Assembly: GCA_036275055.1 (NCBI GenBank)
Contig: DASUEN010000083.1
Coordinates: 19,187 to 83,186, forward strand
Length of the DNA: 64,000 nucleotides
Origin: Thermoanaerobaculia bacterium
GTDB lineage: Bacteria > Acidobacteriota > Thermoanaerobaculia > Multivoradales > UBA5704
Direction: 5' to 3'
Shown here: piece by piece, positions 25,754-35,381 of the stretch
Position numbering within the stretch: position 1 is the stretch's first letter
Layout of the letters: each line of letters starts with the position of its first letter
The notes under the pieces: model-generated
Told to the model about the DNA's origin: nothing
The model's input: only the letters and a program-made list of their open reading frames with translations
The model's database searches: none
Program-made: the position numbers and the translations under genes

Positions 25754-27036
25754 CAGATCCCCAGCTTCTCCCGCAGCGTGGGGATGACGAGGGCGATAGG
25801 GCGGTCCTGCTTCACCACCACGTCGCCCGCCGCCAGGGTGCCGCTGCTGATCTTGAGGCTCGGCCCCCGCGAGGAGGACCAGCGGTATCCCGTGGGGGTT
25901 TTGACGTCGCGGCGCAAGGCGACGTTGATCTGGATGGGCGGCCCCTCGGTCATCAGCTTGGTGACCAACGCCTCGTTGCCCAGCAGGCGCGTCATACCGC
26001 GGGCCGAGGAAGGGAACTCCGCCACCCAGACCACCCGTCCCAGGATGGAGCCGAACTCCTCCCGTTTGACGGTGCTGGGCGTCACCTGCACCGCCATCCC
26101 CGGCTGTACCTGCTTCCCCGCCGAGGCCGGGACGAAGAGCACGGCCATCAGGTCCTCGGAGAGCACCTCGACGGAGAGCACCGGGGAGCCGGGCGTCACC
26201 ACGTTGCCGCGGTTGGCCAGGACCTCCAGCACGCGCCCGGCGAAGGGGGAGAGGACGTTGACGTTCTCTCCGAGCTGGGCACTGAGCTCACGGGTCTGGA
26301 GGTCCAGGTCGCGCAGCGTGGTCTGCCGCGCCTCGAGCTGCTGGTCGAGCGCTTGGTCGGCCTCCAGGCGCTTGAGCTCCAGGCCGCTCAGGTCGAGCTT
26401 CTGCTGGGCGAGCTGGTCGCGCTTGGCGTTCAGGTCCTGCTGGGTGGTGAGGTAGGTCTGCTTGGTGATCAGGCCGTCGTCGAGCAGGCTCTTGCCGGCG
26501 GCCACCCGCTCCTGGAGGAGGGCCACGTCCTTCTGCAGGGCGTCGATGCTCCGCTCGAGATTGGCCCGCTGCAGGGCGAGGTCCCGGGCCCGCAGCCGCT
26601 TCTGCTCGTCCGAGGAACGTTGGAGAGACAGGTACTCCGATTGCAGGGCCGTCTGCTTGGCTTTGTTGTCCCGGATCTGGCGGATCAGCGAGTCCTGGCG
26701 GATCCTCGCCACGGGCTGCCCCTTGGCGATGACGTCCCCGACGCTCACCAGCACCTCCGCCACTTGGCCGCTGGCAGGGGAGACGAGGTCGGAAACTCCC
26801 CCCTGGCGCAGCAGGATCCCCTCGCCGTGCGCCTGGGTGGGGATCGTCCCCCAGATCCCCCAGGCGAGGGCGGCCAGGAGCAGGGCGCCGAGGCCGCTCA
26901 GCGAAAGCCAGCCACGCGGATCGGTAACCTGCACCAGTTGATCGAGCTGCTCGGGAGAGGAGAGCCTCTCCAGTGCCACTTTGCGGAAGATCACGGCCTG
27001 CGCTCCTCCACGACGGGGGGCAGGGTGATGAGCCAC
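25753..27036 (-). CDS. HlyD-family periplasmic adaptor of the bacteriocin exporter
   Basis: FRKVALERLSSPEQLDQL opening, single TM, long coiled-coil (QSEYLSLQRSSDEQKRL...), beta-barrel C-terminus. One-base TGATG junction with the ABC gene. Confidence 0.85.
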   Translation of the reverse strand: MAHHPAPRRGGAQAVIFRKVALERLSSPEQLDQLVQVTDPRGWLSLSGLGALLLAALAWGIWGTIPTQAHGEGILLRQGGVSDLVSPASGQVAEVLVSVGDVIAKGQPVARIRQDSLIRQIRDNKAKQTALQSEYLSLQRSSDEQKRLRARDLALQRANLERSIDALQKDVALLQERVAAGKSLLDDGLITKQTYLTTQQDLNAKRDQLAQQKLDLSGLELKRLEADQALDQQLEARQTTLRDLDLQTRELSAQLGENVNVLSPFAGRVLEVLANRGNVVTPGSPVLSVEVLSEDLMAVLFVPASAGKQVQPGMAVQVTPSTVKREEFGSILGRVVWVAEFPSSARGMTRLLGNEALVTKLMTEGPPIQINVALRRDVKTPTGYRWSSSRGPSLKISSGTLAAGDVVVKQDRPIALVIPTLREKLGI

Positions 27037-28538
27037 GAGACCTCGACGGCGCCCACCTCTCCATTGTCCCCGACGAGGGTGCCCGTCTCAAAGCGAAGCT
27101 GCAAAAGGGCGATCGCGAGCGCGAGTTGGGCCGAGACCTCGGTCTGCCGCGCGGCGGTCAGGCGGTCGCGCTGGTTGATGACGTCGAGGAGGGTCGAGGT
27201 GCCCCCGCGCAGCTTCTTCTCCTCGTTGACCACCGCCCGCTCGAAGAGGCGCTCGGCCTCCCGCGCCTTCTGGAGCTGCCGCGCGTCCCGCCCCACGGCG
27301 TCCAGAGCCGACGGCACGTCGGCGCCGATCCCCTTGGCGATGAGGTCTACGGCCAGGGCGTTCTGCCGCAGGGCGGCGTCCGCCTGCAACAGCTCTCCCT
27401 TCGCCCGGCGGTTCCCCACCGGCAAGGTCAGGTTGAGGGCGAGCGTGGCGCTCGCGCCCGGGACGTTGCGGTAGAGTGGGGAAAAGAAGCTCCCGGGGTC
27501 GGACCCCACCGTGAGCCCCGAGTAGCCGGGAGTGAAGAGAAGGTCGAGCTGCGGCTCCAGGGCGTTCTCGGCGGCACGGCGAAGGATCTCGGCCGACGCC
27601 TGGCGCTCCCGGGCCGCCCGCAGGTCCGCTCTGCCGCGCAGAGCGGCGGCGACGAACGGCCCGGCCGCTTCGGCCGGCGGCACCGCTTCCGGCAAAAGGG
27701 CCGGGAAGGGATCGGCAGGCAGCGGCAGCCGGTCGATCTCCGCGCTGTCCAGGCCGATCTCCCGCCCCAGGTCGCGCCGCGCGGTGAAGAGCTGGCGCTC
27801 GCCGCCGATCCGCGCCGACTCCTGGGCCGCCAGGTTGGCTTCGAGCTGCACCACCTCGGCCGCCGGCACCTGGTCGGCCGCGATCAGCTTGCGGGTGTTC
27901 TCCAGCAGCTCGCGCGAGCCGGCCTCGCTCGCCGCGAGCACCTCGAGGTTGTGCACCGCGGCTGCGACCGTCCAGTATTGGGAGACCACGGTGACGAGCC
28001 GTTGCGAGACGAGGTGACGCACGTCGAGCCCGGCCGCCGCGAGCTCCCGTTGCGCCGCGAGCTCGCCGGCCGCCGTGGCCGCCCGGCCGCGCCCGCGCAA
28101 CAACGGCTGGCGGATGAGGAAGGTGACGGTCCCCGCATTGGCGGCACTGGAGCCGGCGGTCACGTCCTCGGTGCGCACGACGCCGGCTTGCGGCTCGATG
28201 GACAGCCCGGTACGGAACTGCTGGGTCAACCCCACCGAGCTCTGGAGCGTCCGCGTCTCCTGGCGGGAGCCGGGCGCCACGAGCGTCCGGTCGTCCACCT
28301 CGCTCAGCCCGGAGGTAACGACCGGATCGAACTGGCTGGAGGCGATGGCGAGCGATCCCCGCGCGCTGTCGAGCCGCGCCTGCTGCACGGCGAGGTTGGG
28401 ATCGCGCGCGAGCATCGTCTGCACGGCTTCCAGCAGCTTGAGGCCGGGGCCGGAGGTGGATTCCTCAGCCCCGGTGCCCTGCGGGATCGCCAGCAGGACG
28501 ATGGCGAGGTAAAACCGGACGCTGCGCATTAGAATCAA
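26991..28538 (-). CDS. TolC-family outer membrane efflux protein
   Basis: Signal peptide, then two tandem OEP-type helical repeats (LLEAVQTMLARDPNL..., LEVLAASEAGSRELLENTRKL...). First gene of the exporter operon. Confidence 0.8.
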   Translation of the reverse strand: MILMRSVRFYLAIVLLAIPQGTGAEESTSGPGLKLLEAVQTMLARDPNLAVQQARLDSARGSLAIASSQFDPVVTSGLSEVDDRTLVAPGSRQETRTLQSSVGLTQQFRTGLSIEPQAGVVRTEDVTAGSSAANAGTVTFLIRQPLLRGRGRAATAAGELAAQRELAAAGLDVRHLVSQRLVTVVSQYWTVAAAVHNLEVLAASEAGSRELLENTRKLIAADQVPAAEVVQLEANLAAQESARIGGERQLFTARRDLGREIGLDSAEIDRLPLPADPFPALLPEAVPPAEAAGPFVAAALRGRADLRAARERQASAEILRRAAENALEPQLDLLFTPGYSGLTVGSDPGSFFSPLYRNVPGASATLALNLTLPVGNRRAKGELLQADAALRQNALAVDLIAKGIGADVPSALDAVGRDARQLQKAREAERLFERAVVNEEKKLRGGTSTLLDVINQRDRLTAARQTEVSAQLALAIALLQLRFETGTLVGDNGEVGAVEVSWLITLPPVVEERRP

Positions 28539-28554
28539 ACCCGGTCAGCCTAGC

Positions 28555-29712
28555 ATGAACAGAGACCTACAAGATTCGGTGCTGGCAAGCCTGGGGGCTG
28601 CGCCCGCGGAGGTGGCGGAGCTCGCGGAGTACAACCGGAACGTCTTCGACGTCTCCGGCGTTGCGGACTCGGGCACCCTGCGCTTCCCCCTCGCCGACGA
28701 GCCGTTCGTGGCGTTCTGGGAAACGGTGGCCGCCGAGAGCCAGTCGCGAGGCGCCTTCGCCGTCCTCCAGGAGCACCTACCGCAGCTCGCCTTCCCCATC
28801 CGCGAGGGGATCAGCCGGACGGAGGCTTATCGCGCCGCCACCCTGCGGGGGGTGCCGCCCGCGTCGCTCCCCGAGGCCACGGGCCTCGCGCTCGAGCACC
28901 CCGAAGCCATCGAGGTGGTGCTCTACGGCAGCCCGGCCGGCCGCATCCCCCTCCTCATCGCCCGCCGGCGGCCGGAATTCGAGGCGCTCATCCGGGCGCT
29001 GACCAAGAGGAACGAGCCCGAGCCCGTCCCCCCCGCCCAGGGAGCCCTGATGGTGGCCGGCTACAACAACTGGAACCGCATCCGCGAATTGCGCCGGCAG
29101 TGGGAGGCCCTGGAGCCGTCCGCCCGGGAAACGGCGACCTGGAACGAGGAATTCAAGCGCTTGACGCCGCGGAAGGAGCTGTATCAGGATCGCTTCATCC
29201 TCCTTTCCGACGGCCCCTACAGCGCCGTGCCGGCCGGTGACGTGGGGCTGGACGAGGCCGAGTGGCGCGAGCTGTCGCTGCTGATCCGCCGCGACCACGA
29301 GTGTGCCCACTACCTCACCCGCCGGCTTTTCGGCTCGATGCGCAACAACCTCCTGGACGAGCTGATGGCCGACTACGCCGGCCTGGTAGGGGCGGTGGGG
29401 CGGTTCCGCGCCGGCTGGTTCCTCCGCTTCCTGGGGCTGGAGGACTTCCCCCGCTATCGCGCCGGCGCCCGGCTGGACCTCTACCGCGGCAAGCCCCCCC
29501 TTTCGGACGGTGCCTTCGCCGTGCTCCACCGGCTGATTCGCGAGGCCGCCTCGAGCCTGGAGCGGTTCGACGCCGGCCGGCCGGCGGAATCCCGCACTCC
29601 GGCTGGGACCGCCCTCACCCTCACCGCCCTCGCCTCGCTCCGCCTCGAAGACCTGGCGGCGCCCGGCGCCGAGGAGCGGCTCGGCCGGGCGGTCGAGCTC
29701 CTGCGGCCATGA
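28555..29712 (+). CDS. Hypothetical protein with an HEXXH motif (HECAH), divergent from the exporter operon
   Basis: Good GC3 bias. Single RRDHECAHYLTRRLFG motif followed by NNLLDELMADY. Family not recognised. Confidence 0.5.
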   Translation: MNRDLQDSVLASLGAAPAEVAELAEYNRNVFDVSGVADSGTLRFPLADEPFVAFWETVAAESQSRGAFAVLQEHLPQLAFPIREGISRTEAYRAATLRGVPPASLPEATGLALEHPEAIEVVLYGSPAGRIPLLIARRRPEFEALIRALTKRNEPEPVPPAQGALMVAGYNNWNRIRELRRQWEALEPSARETATWNEEFKRLTPRKELYQDRFILLSDGPYSAVPAGDVGLDEAEWRELSLLIRRDHECAHYLTRRLFGSMRNNLLDELMADYAGLVGAVGRFRAGWFLRFLGLEDFPRYRAGARLDLYRGKPPLSDGAFAVLHRLIREAASSLERFDAGRPAESRTPAGTALTLTALASLRLEDLAAPGAEERLGRAVELLRP

Positions 29713-29791
29713 TCCCCCCGTGCTATCATTTCCTCCCGCGGTCTGCCCGGCCGCCCCAAAATCCGCCCGCAAGTTTGAAGGAGGACATTCC

Positions 29792-31048
29792 TTGAGCCGC
29801 TTTCCTGGCGTTGATCTGCTGGAGTTGGACGCGCTTCTCACGGAGGAGGAGCGCCTGGTGCGCGATACGGTTCGCGCTTTCGTCGACGACAAGGTCAAGC
29901 CGATCATCGAAGAGTGCCACCGCGAGGGGCGCACCCCTCTCGAATTGGTTCCGGACATGGGTGCCCTCAACCTGTTCGGCGCCAGCATTTCCGACTACGG
30001 TCTTCCCGGCCTGGGCGGCGTCGCCTACGGCCTGATCATGCAGGAGCTGGAGCGGGGAGACTCGGGGCTGCGCAGCTTCGTCTCGGTGCAGAGCTCGCTC
30101 GTCATGTATCCCATCTACACCTTCGGCTCCCAGGAGCAGAAGGACCGCTGGATCCCCCGCTTGGCGACCGGCGAGGCCATCGGCTGCTTCGGCCTGACCG
30201 AGCCCGACTTCGGCTCCAATCCCGGCGGCATGCGCACCCACGCCCGGAAGGTGGGGAGCGACTGGGTGCTCAACGGCTCCAAGCAATGGATCACCAATGG
30301 CACCCTGGCCGACGTCGCGGTGGTGTGGGCCAAGACGGACGACGGCGTGCGCGGCTTCCTGGTCGAGAAGGGGACCCCCGGCTTCACCTCCTCGGACCAG
30401 CACGGCAAGTTCTCGCTGCGCGCCTCGACCACCTCGGAGCTCGGCTTCCACGACTGCCGTATCCCGGGCGACGCCATCCTCCCCGGAACCACCGGCCTCA
30501 AGAACGCCCTCATGTGCCTGAACCAGGCGCGCTACGGCATCGCCTGGGGAGGGATCGGCAGCGCCATGGAGTGCTACCACACGGCGCTGGAGTACGCGAA
30601 GGAGCGCATCCAGTTCAACGGCCAGCCCATCGCCTGCCACCAGATGGTGCAGGAGAAGCTGGTGTGGATGGCGATGGAGATCAGCAAGGGGCAGCTCCTC
30701 TGCCTGCAGATCGGCCGCCTCAAGGATTCCGGCCGGCTCAAGCACTGGCACGTCTCCATGGGCAAGCGCAACAACGTCTGGGTGGCGCGCGAGAGCGCCA
30801 AGCTCGCCCGTGAGATCCTGGGCGCCAACGGCATCGTGGATGACTACCCGGTGATCCGCCACATGCTCAACATCGAGTCGGTCTTCACCTACGAGGGGAC
30901 GCACGACATCCACGCCCTCATCATCGGCGAGGCGATCACCGGCATCCCGGCCTTCAACGCCCCGGAGCGCCCCGCCGAGAAACCCGCGAAAGCCCCGGCA
31001 ACCGCCGCCGTTCCTGCCGAGACCGCCGGCGTGGGGAGCGCCCGCTGA
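29792..31048 (+). CDS. gcdH: Glutaryl-CoA dehydrogenase (acyl-CoA dehydrogenase family)
   Basis: [111 protein letters not shown] start 29792 lies 7 nt after GAAGGAGG. Confidence 0.8.
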   Translation: MSRFPGVDLLELDALLTEEERLVRDTVRAFVDDKVKPIIEECHREGRTPLELVPDMGALNLFGASISDYGLPGLGGVAYGLIMQELERGDSGLRSFVSVQSSLVMYPIYTFGSQEQKDRWIPRLATGEAIGCFGLTEPDFGSNPGGMRTHARKVGSDWVLNGSKQWITNGTLADVAVVWAKTDDGVRGFLVEKGTPGFTSSDQHGKFSLRASTTSELGFHDCRIPGDAILPGTTGLKNALMCLNQARYGIAWGGIGSAMECYHTALEYAKERIQFNGQPIACHQMVQEKLVWMAMEISKGQLLCLQIGRLKDSGRLKHWHVSMGKRNNVWVARESAKLAREILGANGIVDDYPVIRHMLNIESVFTYEGTHDIHALIIGEAITGIPAFNAPERPAEKPAKAPATAAVPAETAGVGSAR

Positions 31049-32031
31049 TGGCGCTCGACCACCTGCTGGAGCAATCGTTCATCCGCGTCACCGAGCAGGC
31101 GGCCATCGCCGCCGCCAAGACCATGGGGTTCGGCGACCGCCGCTACTCCGATCACGTGGCCGTCGAAGCCATGCGGCGGGAGATGGACAGCCTCGAAATG
31201 GACGGCCGGGTGGTGATCGGCGAGGGCGAGCGGGACAAGGCGCCCCTGCTCTACACCGGCGAAGAGGTGGGAGCGCGGCGCGGACAGGCCGGCGCCGTGC
31301 AGGTCGACATCGCCGTCGATCCCTTGGAGGGGACGAATCTCTGCGCCACCGGCTCGCCGGACGCCATCACCGTGCTCGCCGCCTCCGAGCGTGGCGGCCT
31401 GCTCTACGCTCCCGACGTCTACATGGAGAAGCTGGTGGTGGGCCCCACCGCCCGCGGCTCGATCCACCTCGACGCGCCGGTGGCCGAGAACCTGCGCAAC
31501 ATCGCCGCCGCCTTCGAGCGCAAAGTGAGCGACCTGACGGTGGTGGTGCTCGACCGCCCGCGCCACGAGCAACTCATCGCCGACATCCGCTCCGCCGGCG
31601 CCCGCATCCGTCTGATCGGTGACGGCGACCTGTCGGCGGGCATCTCGGCCGCGGTGCGCGGCACCGGCGTCCATGCCGTCATGGGCACGGGCGGCGCTCC
31701 CGAGGGGGTCATCACCGCCGCGGCCATGCGTTGCCTGGGCGGCGAGATCCAGGCCCGCCTGCGGGCCACCAACGAGGAGCAGCAGGAGCGGGTCAAGTCG
31801 CTGGGCTTCCACGACCTTACCAAGATCTACAAGACCGAGGAGCTGGCGCCCGGCAACGAGATCCTCTTCAGTTGCACCGGGGTCACCGACGGCGAGCTGC
31901 TGCGGGGCGTCCGTTTCTTCGGCGGCGGCTCGCGCACCTCCACCCTCTTCATGTCGCTGTCGCGCAAGATCATCCGCTTCGTGGACACCATCGACCGCGA
32001 GCAGGTGACGACGCCGGTCCGCTTCCTTTAG
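31048..32031 (+). CDS. glpX: Class II fructose-1,6-bisphosphatase
   Basis: [65 protein letters not shown]. Confidence 0.9.
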   Translation: MALDHLLEQSFIRVTEQAAIAAAKTMGFGDRRYSDHVAVEAMRREMDSLEMDGRVVIGEGERDKAPLLYTGEEVGARRGQAGAVQVDIAVDPLEGTNLCATGSPDAITVLAASERGGLLYAPDVYMEKLVVGPTARGSIHLDAPVAENLRNIAAAFERKVSDLTVVVLDRPRHEQLIADIRSAGARIRLIGDGDLSAGISAAVRGTGVHAVMGTGGAPEGVITAAAMRCLGGEIQARLRATNEEQQERVKSLGFHDLTKIYKTEELAPGNEILFSCTGVTDGELLRGVRFFGGGSRTSTLFMSLSRKIIRFVDTIDREQVTTPVRFL

Positions 32032-32043
32032 ACGAGACCGGCG

Positions 32044-32532
32044 ATGATCAAACCGGACCGCTGGATCCGCGAATGGGGGCGGAGCGGGGGGGTCACCCCT
32101 TTCGAGGAGAACCAGGTCAATGCCGCGAGCTACGACGTCCGCGTCTCGGACCACTGGATCTGTCCCACCCGCGATCCCGAGGAATTCCGCGCCCCCCACA
32201 TCAAGCTCTTCCCGGGCGAGGTGGTCCTCGCCTCGACCCTGGAGTACGTGCGCATTCCGCGCGACGTGGCCTGCGACCTCAAGCTCAAGTCCACCCTCGG
32301 CCGGCTGTGGATCAACCACTCCCTCGCCGGCTGGTGCGACCCCGGTTTCGAGGGGGAGATCACCCTGGAGCTGCAGAACCTCGGGCCGCAGCCGTTCGTG
32401 CTGGAGGCGGGCAGGCGAATTGCACAGCTCATTTTCATTGCCATGGAGTCCGAGCCGGAGGTGGCCTACGGCGACCCCGGCTCGTCGAGCCACTATCAGG
32501 GGCAGAGAGGAACGACTCCGGCACGAAGATGA
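32044..32532 (+). CDS. dcd: dCTP deaminase family protein (short form)
   Basis: MIKPDRWI opening, NAASYDVRV, GWCDPGFEGEITLELQN, RIAQLIF. Confidence 0.75.
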   Translation: MIKPDRWIREWGRSGGVTPFEENQVNAASYDVRVSDHWICPTRDPEEFRAPHIKLFPGEVVLASTLEYVRIPRDVACDLKLKSTLGRLWINHSLAGWCDPGFEGEITLELQNLGPQPFVLEAGRRIAQLIFIAMESEPEVAYGDPGSSSHYQGQRGTTPARR

Positions 32533-32610
32533 GGTGTTTCGATGCGGAGCGCGCTGGCGGCCTGGTCCATCTCCCAGTATTCGCATAGGACTATAATCGG
32601 CCCGGTCATC

Positions 32611-33774
32611 ATGGGCATCGTCGGTAATCTCAGAACGATGCAGCTCGAGGAGCTGCTCCAGTGGCTCTCCCAGAGCAAGAAGAATGGGACTCTGGAGATC
32701 GTCCACGGCAAGACGGAGAAGAAGGTCTTCTTCAAGGACGGGCTGATCCTCTCCTCCGCCTCGAACAAGCCGGAGGAGTACCTGGGGCACTTCCTGGTGA
32801 GCCACGGCCACATCACCGAGGCGCAGCTCAACCGCGCCGTCGAGCTTCAGGAGACGAGCCGCACGCTGCTCGGCATGATCCTGGTCAAGAACGGCGCCAT
32901 CGCCGAGCGCGACCTCGCCCGCATGCTCCGCCTGAAGGCCGAGGAGAGTATCTACGACATCTTCTCCTGGTCCGAGGGCGATTTCCGCTTCCTGGACGAC
33001 GAGCTCCCCGCGAGCGCCATGGTGCCCATGAAGCTGGACGTCACCGCCATCGTCATGGAGGGGGTGCAGCGGGTCGACGAGTGGCGGCGCATCCGCCAGG
33101 TGATCCCGGACGAGCAGATGATCCCCGTGGGAATCGTCGACCTCTCGACCGTCCCCGGCCTCGGTGCAGGGGAACGGCGGATCCTCGACATGGTGGACGA
33201 TCAGCTCTCCATCGAGGAGATCCACCAGCACACCCACGCCACCGAGTTCCAGGTCTGCAAGCTGTTCTTCGACCAATACCAGGCCGGGCACGTCAAGCTG
33301 GTGAAGCTGCGAGGCGGCGGGGGCGGCGGGGGGACCGCGGCCGGCGCGCCCACGGCGGCGGCCCTCATCGACGCCGGGCGCGCCTACATGAAGGACGGGG
33401 ATTTCGACGCCTCGCTGCGCCACCTGCGGGCGGCCAAGGCCCTGGAGCCGGACAACCAGGACGCCGGCCAAGTGCTGACGCTCGCCGAGAAGCGGGTGCG
33501 CGAGTACATCGAAAAGGCCGGCGTCTCCTTGGGCTCGATCCCCCAAGTGACGGCCACCATGGAGCAGCTCACCTCCTCGAAGCTCTCCCCCCAGGAGGGG
33601 TTCATGCTCACCCGCATCAACGGCACCTACGACATCCAGTCGATCCTGAAGATCACTCCCATGCCGCAGCTCGACGCCCTGATGCTCTTCTGGAAGCTCG
33701 CCCAGGCTGGCTACATCCGCCTGCTGCCGCCGCGCAATCCCTCGGGAACTCGGGGGACGCAGCCGATTCGGTAG
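32611..33774 (+). CDS. DUF4388 (PatA-N-like) domain protein with GspE-N-like segment
   Basis: GNLRTMQLEELLQWLSQSKKNGTLEIVHGKTEKKVFFKDGLILSSASN is a typical DUF4388 start, followed by GHFLVSHGHITEAQLNRAVELQ. Start uncertain (32542 or 32611). Confidence 0.65.
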   Translation: MGIVGNLRTMQLEELLQWLSQSKKNGTLEIVHGKTEKKVFFKDGLILSSASNKPEEYLGHFLVSHGHITEAQLNRAVELQETSRTLLGMILVKNGAIAERDLARMLRLKAEESIYDIFSWSEGDFRFLDDELPASAMVPMKLDVTAIVMEGVQRVDEWRRIRQVIPDEQMIPVGIVDLSTVPGLGAGERRILDMVDDQLSIEEIHQHTHATEFQVCKLFFDQYQAGHVKLVKLRGGGGGGGTAAGAPTAAALIDAGRAYMKDGDFDASLRHLRAAKALEPDNQDAGQVLTLAEKRVREYIEKAGVSLGSIPQVTATMEQLTSSKLSPQEGFMLTRINGTYDIQSILKITPMPQLDALMLFWKLAQAGYIRLLPPRNPSGTRGTQPIR

Positions 33775-33858
33775 GGGTTTTCAGGGACGAACACGGACTT
33801 TCACGGACGAACACTTTCCTGGTCCTTGAGGGTCCTTGATCGTCCGTGCTTGCCCTAC
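33771..33858. repeat. GGAC/GTCC imperfect palindrome filling a convergent intergenic gap (divergent member of the repeat family)
   Basis: GTAGGGG..AGGGACGAACACGGAC..CACGGACGA on the left. GGTCCTTGAGGGTCCTTGATCGTCCGTG..CCCTAC on the right. It spans exactly from one stop codon to the other. Confidence 0.6.
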
Positions 33859-34472
33859 CCCGGCCGCGGCCGGGACACGCTCCCCTCCCCCCGCACCGAA
33901 AACCGCAACGGCCAGGCCGCCGCTTCGCCCGCGTAGTCGACCCCGATCCGCGGGCTGGCTACGATCCGTCCCTCCTCCACCGGCTCGCCCTTGGCGATGT
34001 AGAGCGGCGGCCCGTTCAGCAGGACCCCGTCGAGCTCGCGGCCGATCGCCAGCGCCTGACAGAGCTTGCCTGGCCCGCCGGCCAGGTCCCCAGGGCGGAC
34101 CTTCTTCAACCAACCCCGGTTCTGCGCCATCCTCTCCTCCCCTGCGACGGGCGCGCCCGCCCGCAGGAGCACGGCGCTCCCCACTCCCGCCTCGCCGGTG
34201 ACGGCGTTCAAGCAGAAGTGCATGCCATAGATGAAGTAGACGTAGGCGTGCCCCCCAGGCAGGTACAGGCTCTCGTTGCGCGGCGTGCGGCGGCCTCCCC
34301 AGGCGTGGCTCGCCCGGTCCGGCGCGCCCAGGTAGGCCTCGGTCTCCACCAGACGCAGCACCAGGCGCTCCCCTTCCAGCTCGCGCACCAGGTAGCGGCC
34401 GAGCAGGTCCTGGGCCACGGTTTCCGCCGGCCGGCGATAGAAGGACGAAGGAAGAGGACGGAAACGGCTCAT
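33855..34472 (-). CDS. mpg: DNA-3-methyladenine glycosylase (AAG/Mpg family)
   Basis: FYRRPAETVAQDLLGRYLV, IVETEAYLG-like LVETEAYLGAPDRASHA, GHAYVYFIYGMHFCLNAV. Confidence 0.85.
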   Translation of the reverse strand: MSRFRPLPSSFYRRPAETVAQDLLGRYLVRELEGERLVLRLVETEAYLGAPDRASHAWGGRRTPRNESLYLPGGHAYVYFIYGMHFCLNAVTGEAGVGSAVLLRAGAPVAGEERMAQNRGWLKKVRPGDLAGGPGKLCQALAIGRELDGVLLNGPPLYIAKGEPVEEGRIVASPRIGVDYAGEAAAWPLRFSVRGEGSVSRPRPG

Positions 34473-34501
34473 TCGACCCGAGGAACGGTATCATCCCCCG
34501 G

Positions 34502-35200
34502 ATGCGCTCACTGCAGATCGTGCTCCCCACCCTCTTCGCCGACCTGCCTGCCGCCTTTGCCGGCCGTTTCGACGCGGACGCCCCCTGGGCCCTGTTGGGC
34601 AACGCCCTGGACGAGGTCCTCGCCGGCCTGCCGTCGAGCGACCTGCAGAGCGGCCTGTCACCGGACGTCCACCTCGCGGGGGACCGGATCGTCATCGGCC
34701 CCGGCGCCCGCATCCATCCCACGGTGGTGATCGAAGGGCCGGTCTTCATCGGCCGCGAGGTGGAGATCCGCCCCGGTGCCTACGTCCGCGGCGGCTGCTG
34801 GATCGGCGACGGCTGCGTCGTGGGGGCGAACACGGAGCTCAAGCGCGCCATCCTCCTCCCCCACGCCAAGGCCCCGCACCTCAACTACGTGGGCGACTCG
34901 ATCCTGGGAGCCGGCGTCAACCTCGGGGCCGGCACCATCCTCTCCAATTTCCGCCACGACGGCGGCACCATCCAGATCCCGCTCTCCCTCGCCAGCGGCC
35001 GCCTCGACAGCGGCCGGCGCAAGCTCGGCGCCATCCTGGGCGACGGCGTCCTCACCGGCTGCAACTGCGTCCTCCATCCCGGCACCGTGGTGGGTCAAGG
35101 GACGCAGATCTACCCCGGCGTGCAGCTCCGCACTGGAATCTATCCTGCGAAGAGCATCGTGAAGCTGCGGCAGGATCTCGACGTCGTTCCGCAGCGATGA
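34502..35200 (+). CDS. Left-handed beta-helix (hexapeptide repeat) transferase, GlmU C-terminal-like
   Basis: Consecutive hexapeptide repeats IHPTVVIEGPVFIGREVEIRPGAYVRGGCWIGDGCVVGANTELKRAIL...NYVGDSILGAGVNLGAGT. Confidence 0.65.
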   Translation: MRSLQIVLPTLFADLPAAFAGRFDADAPWALLGNALDEVLAGLPSSDLQSGLSPDVHLAGDRIVIGPGARIHPTVVIEGPVFIGREVEIRPGAYVRGGCWIGDGCVVGANTELKRAILLPHAKAPHLNYVGDSILGAGVNLGAGTILSNFRHDGGTIQIPLSLASGRLDSGRRKLGAILGDGVLTGCNCVLHPGTVVGQGTQIYPGVQLRTGIYPAKSIVKLRQDLDVVPQR

Positions 35201-35381
35201 GGAAATTTCTGGGGTGGCTGAATCTCCTTCTCCCTTCAGCCTCAAAAGATTTCACTCTTCTTAGTCAGTGCCCCTCTCCGGCTCCAAAAAACTACTGGCG
35301 AGCACCTATACAGATAGCCATTGGTGCTGTTCCCGGCCGCGGCAAGGCCGCCGCGGCCGTCTCGTCAGGAGGTCTCAGGAG

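Noticed and set aside
30889-33546. 885-aa minus ORF. The same class includes 37038..38939, 61106..63541, 58620..60578, 56403..58535 and 46798..48261.
   Set aside because: They are antisense to well-supported genes (glpX/dcd/DUF4388, hybrid kinase, STK-WD40, crotonase, pilB, GT39) and have no recognisable domains.
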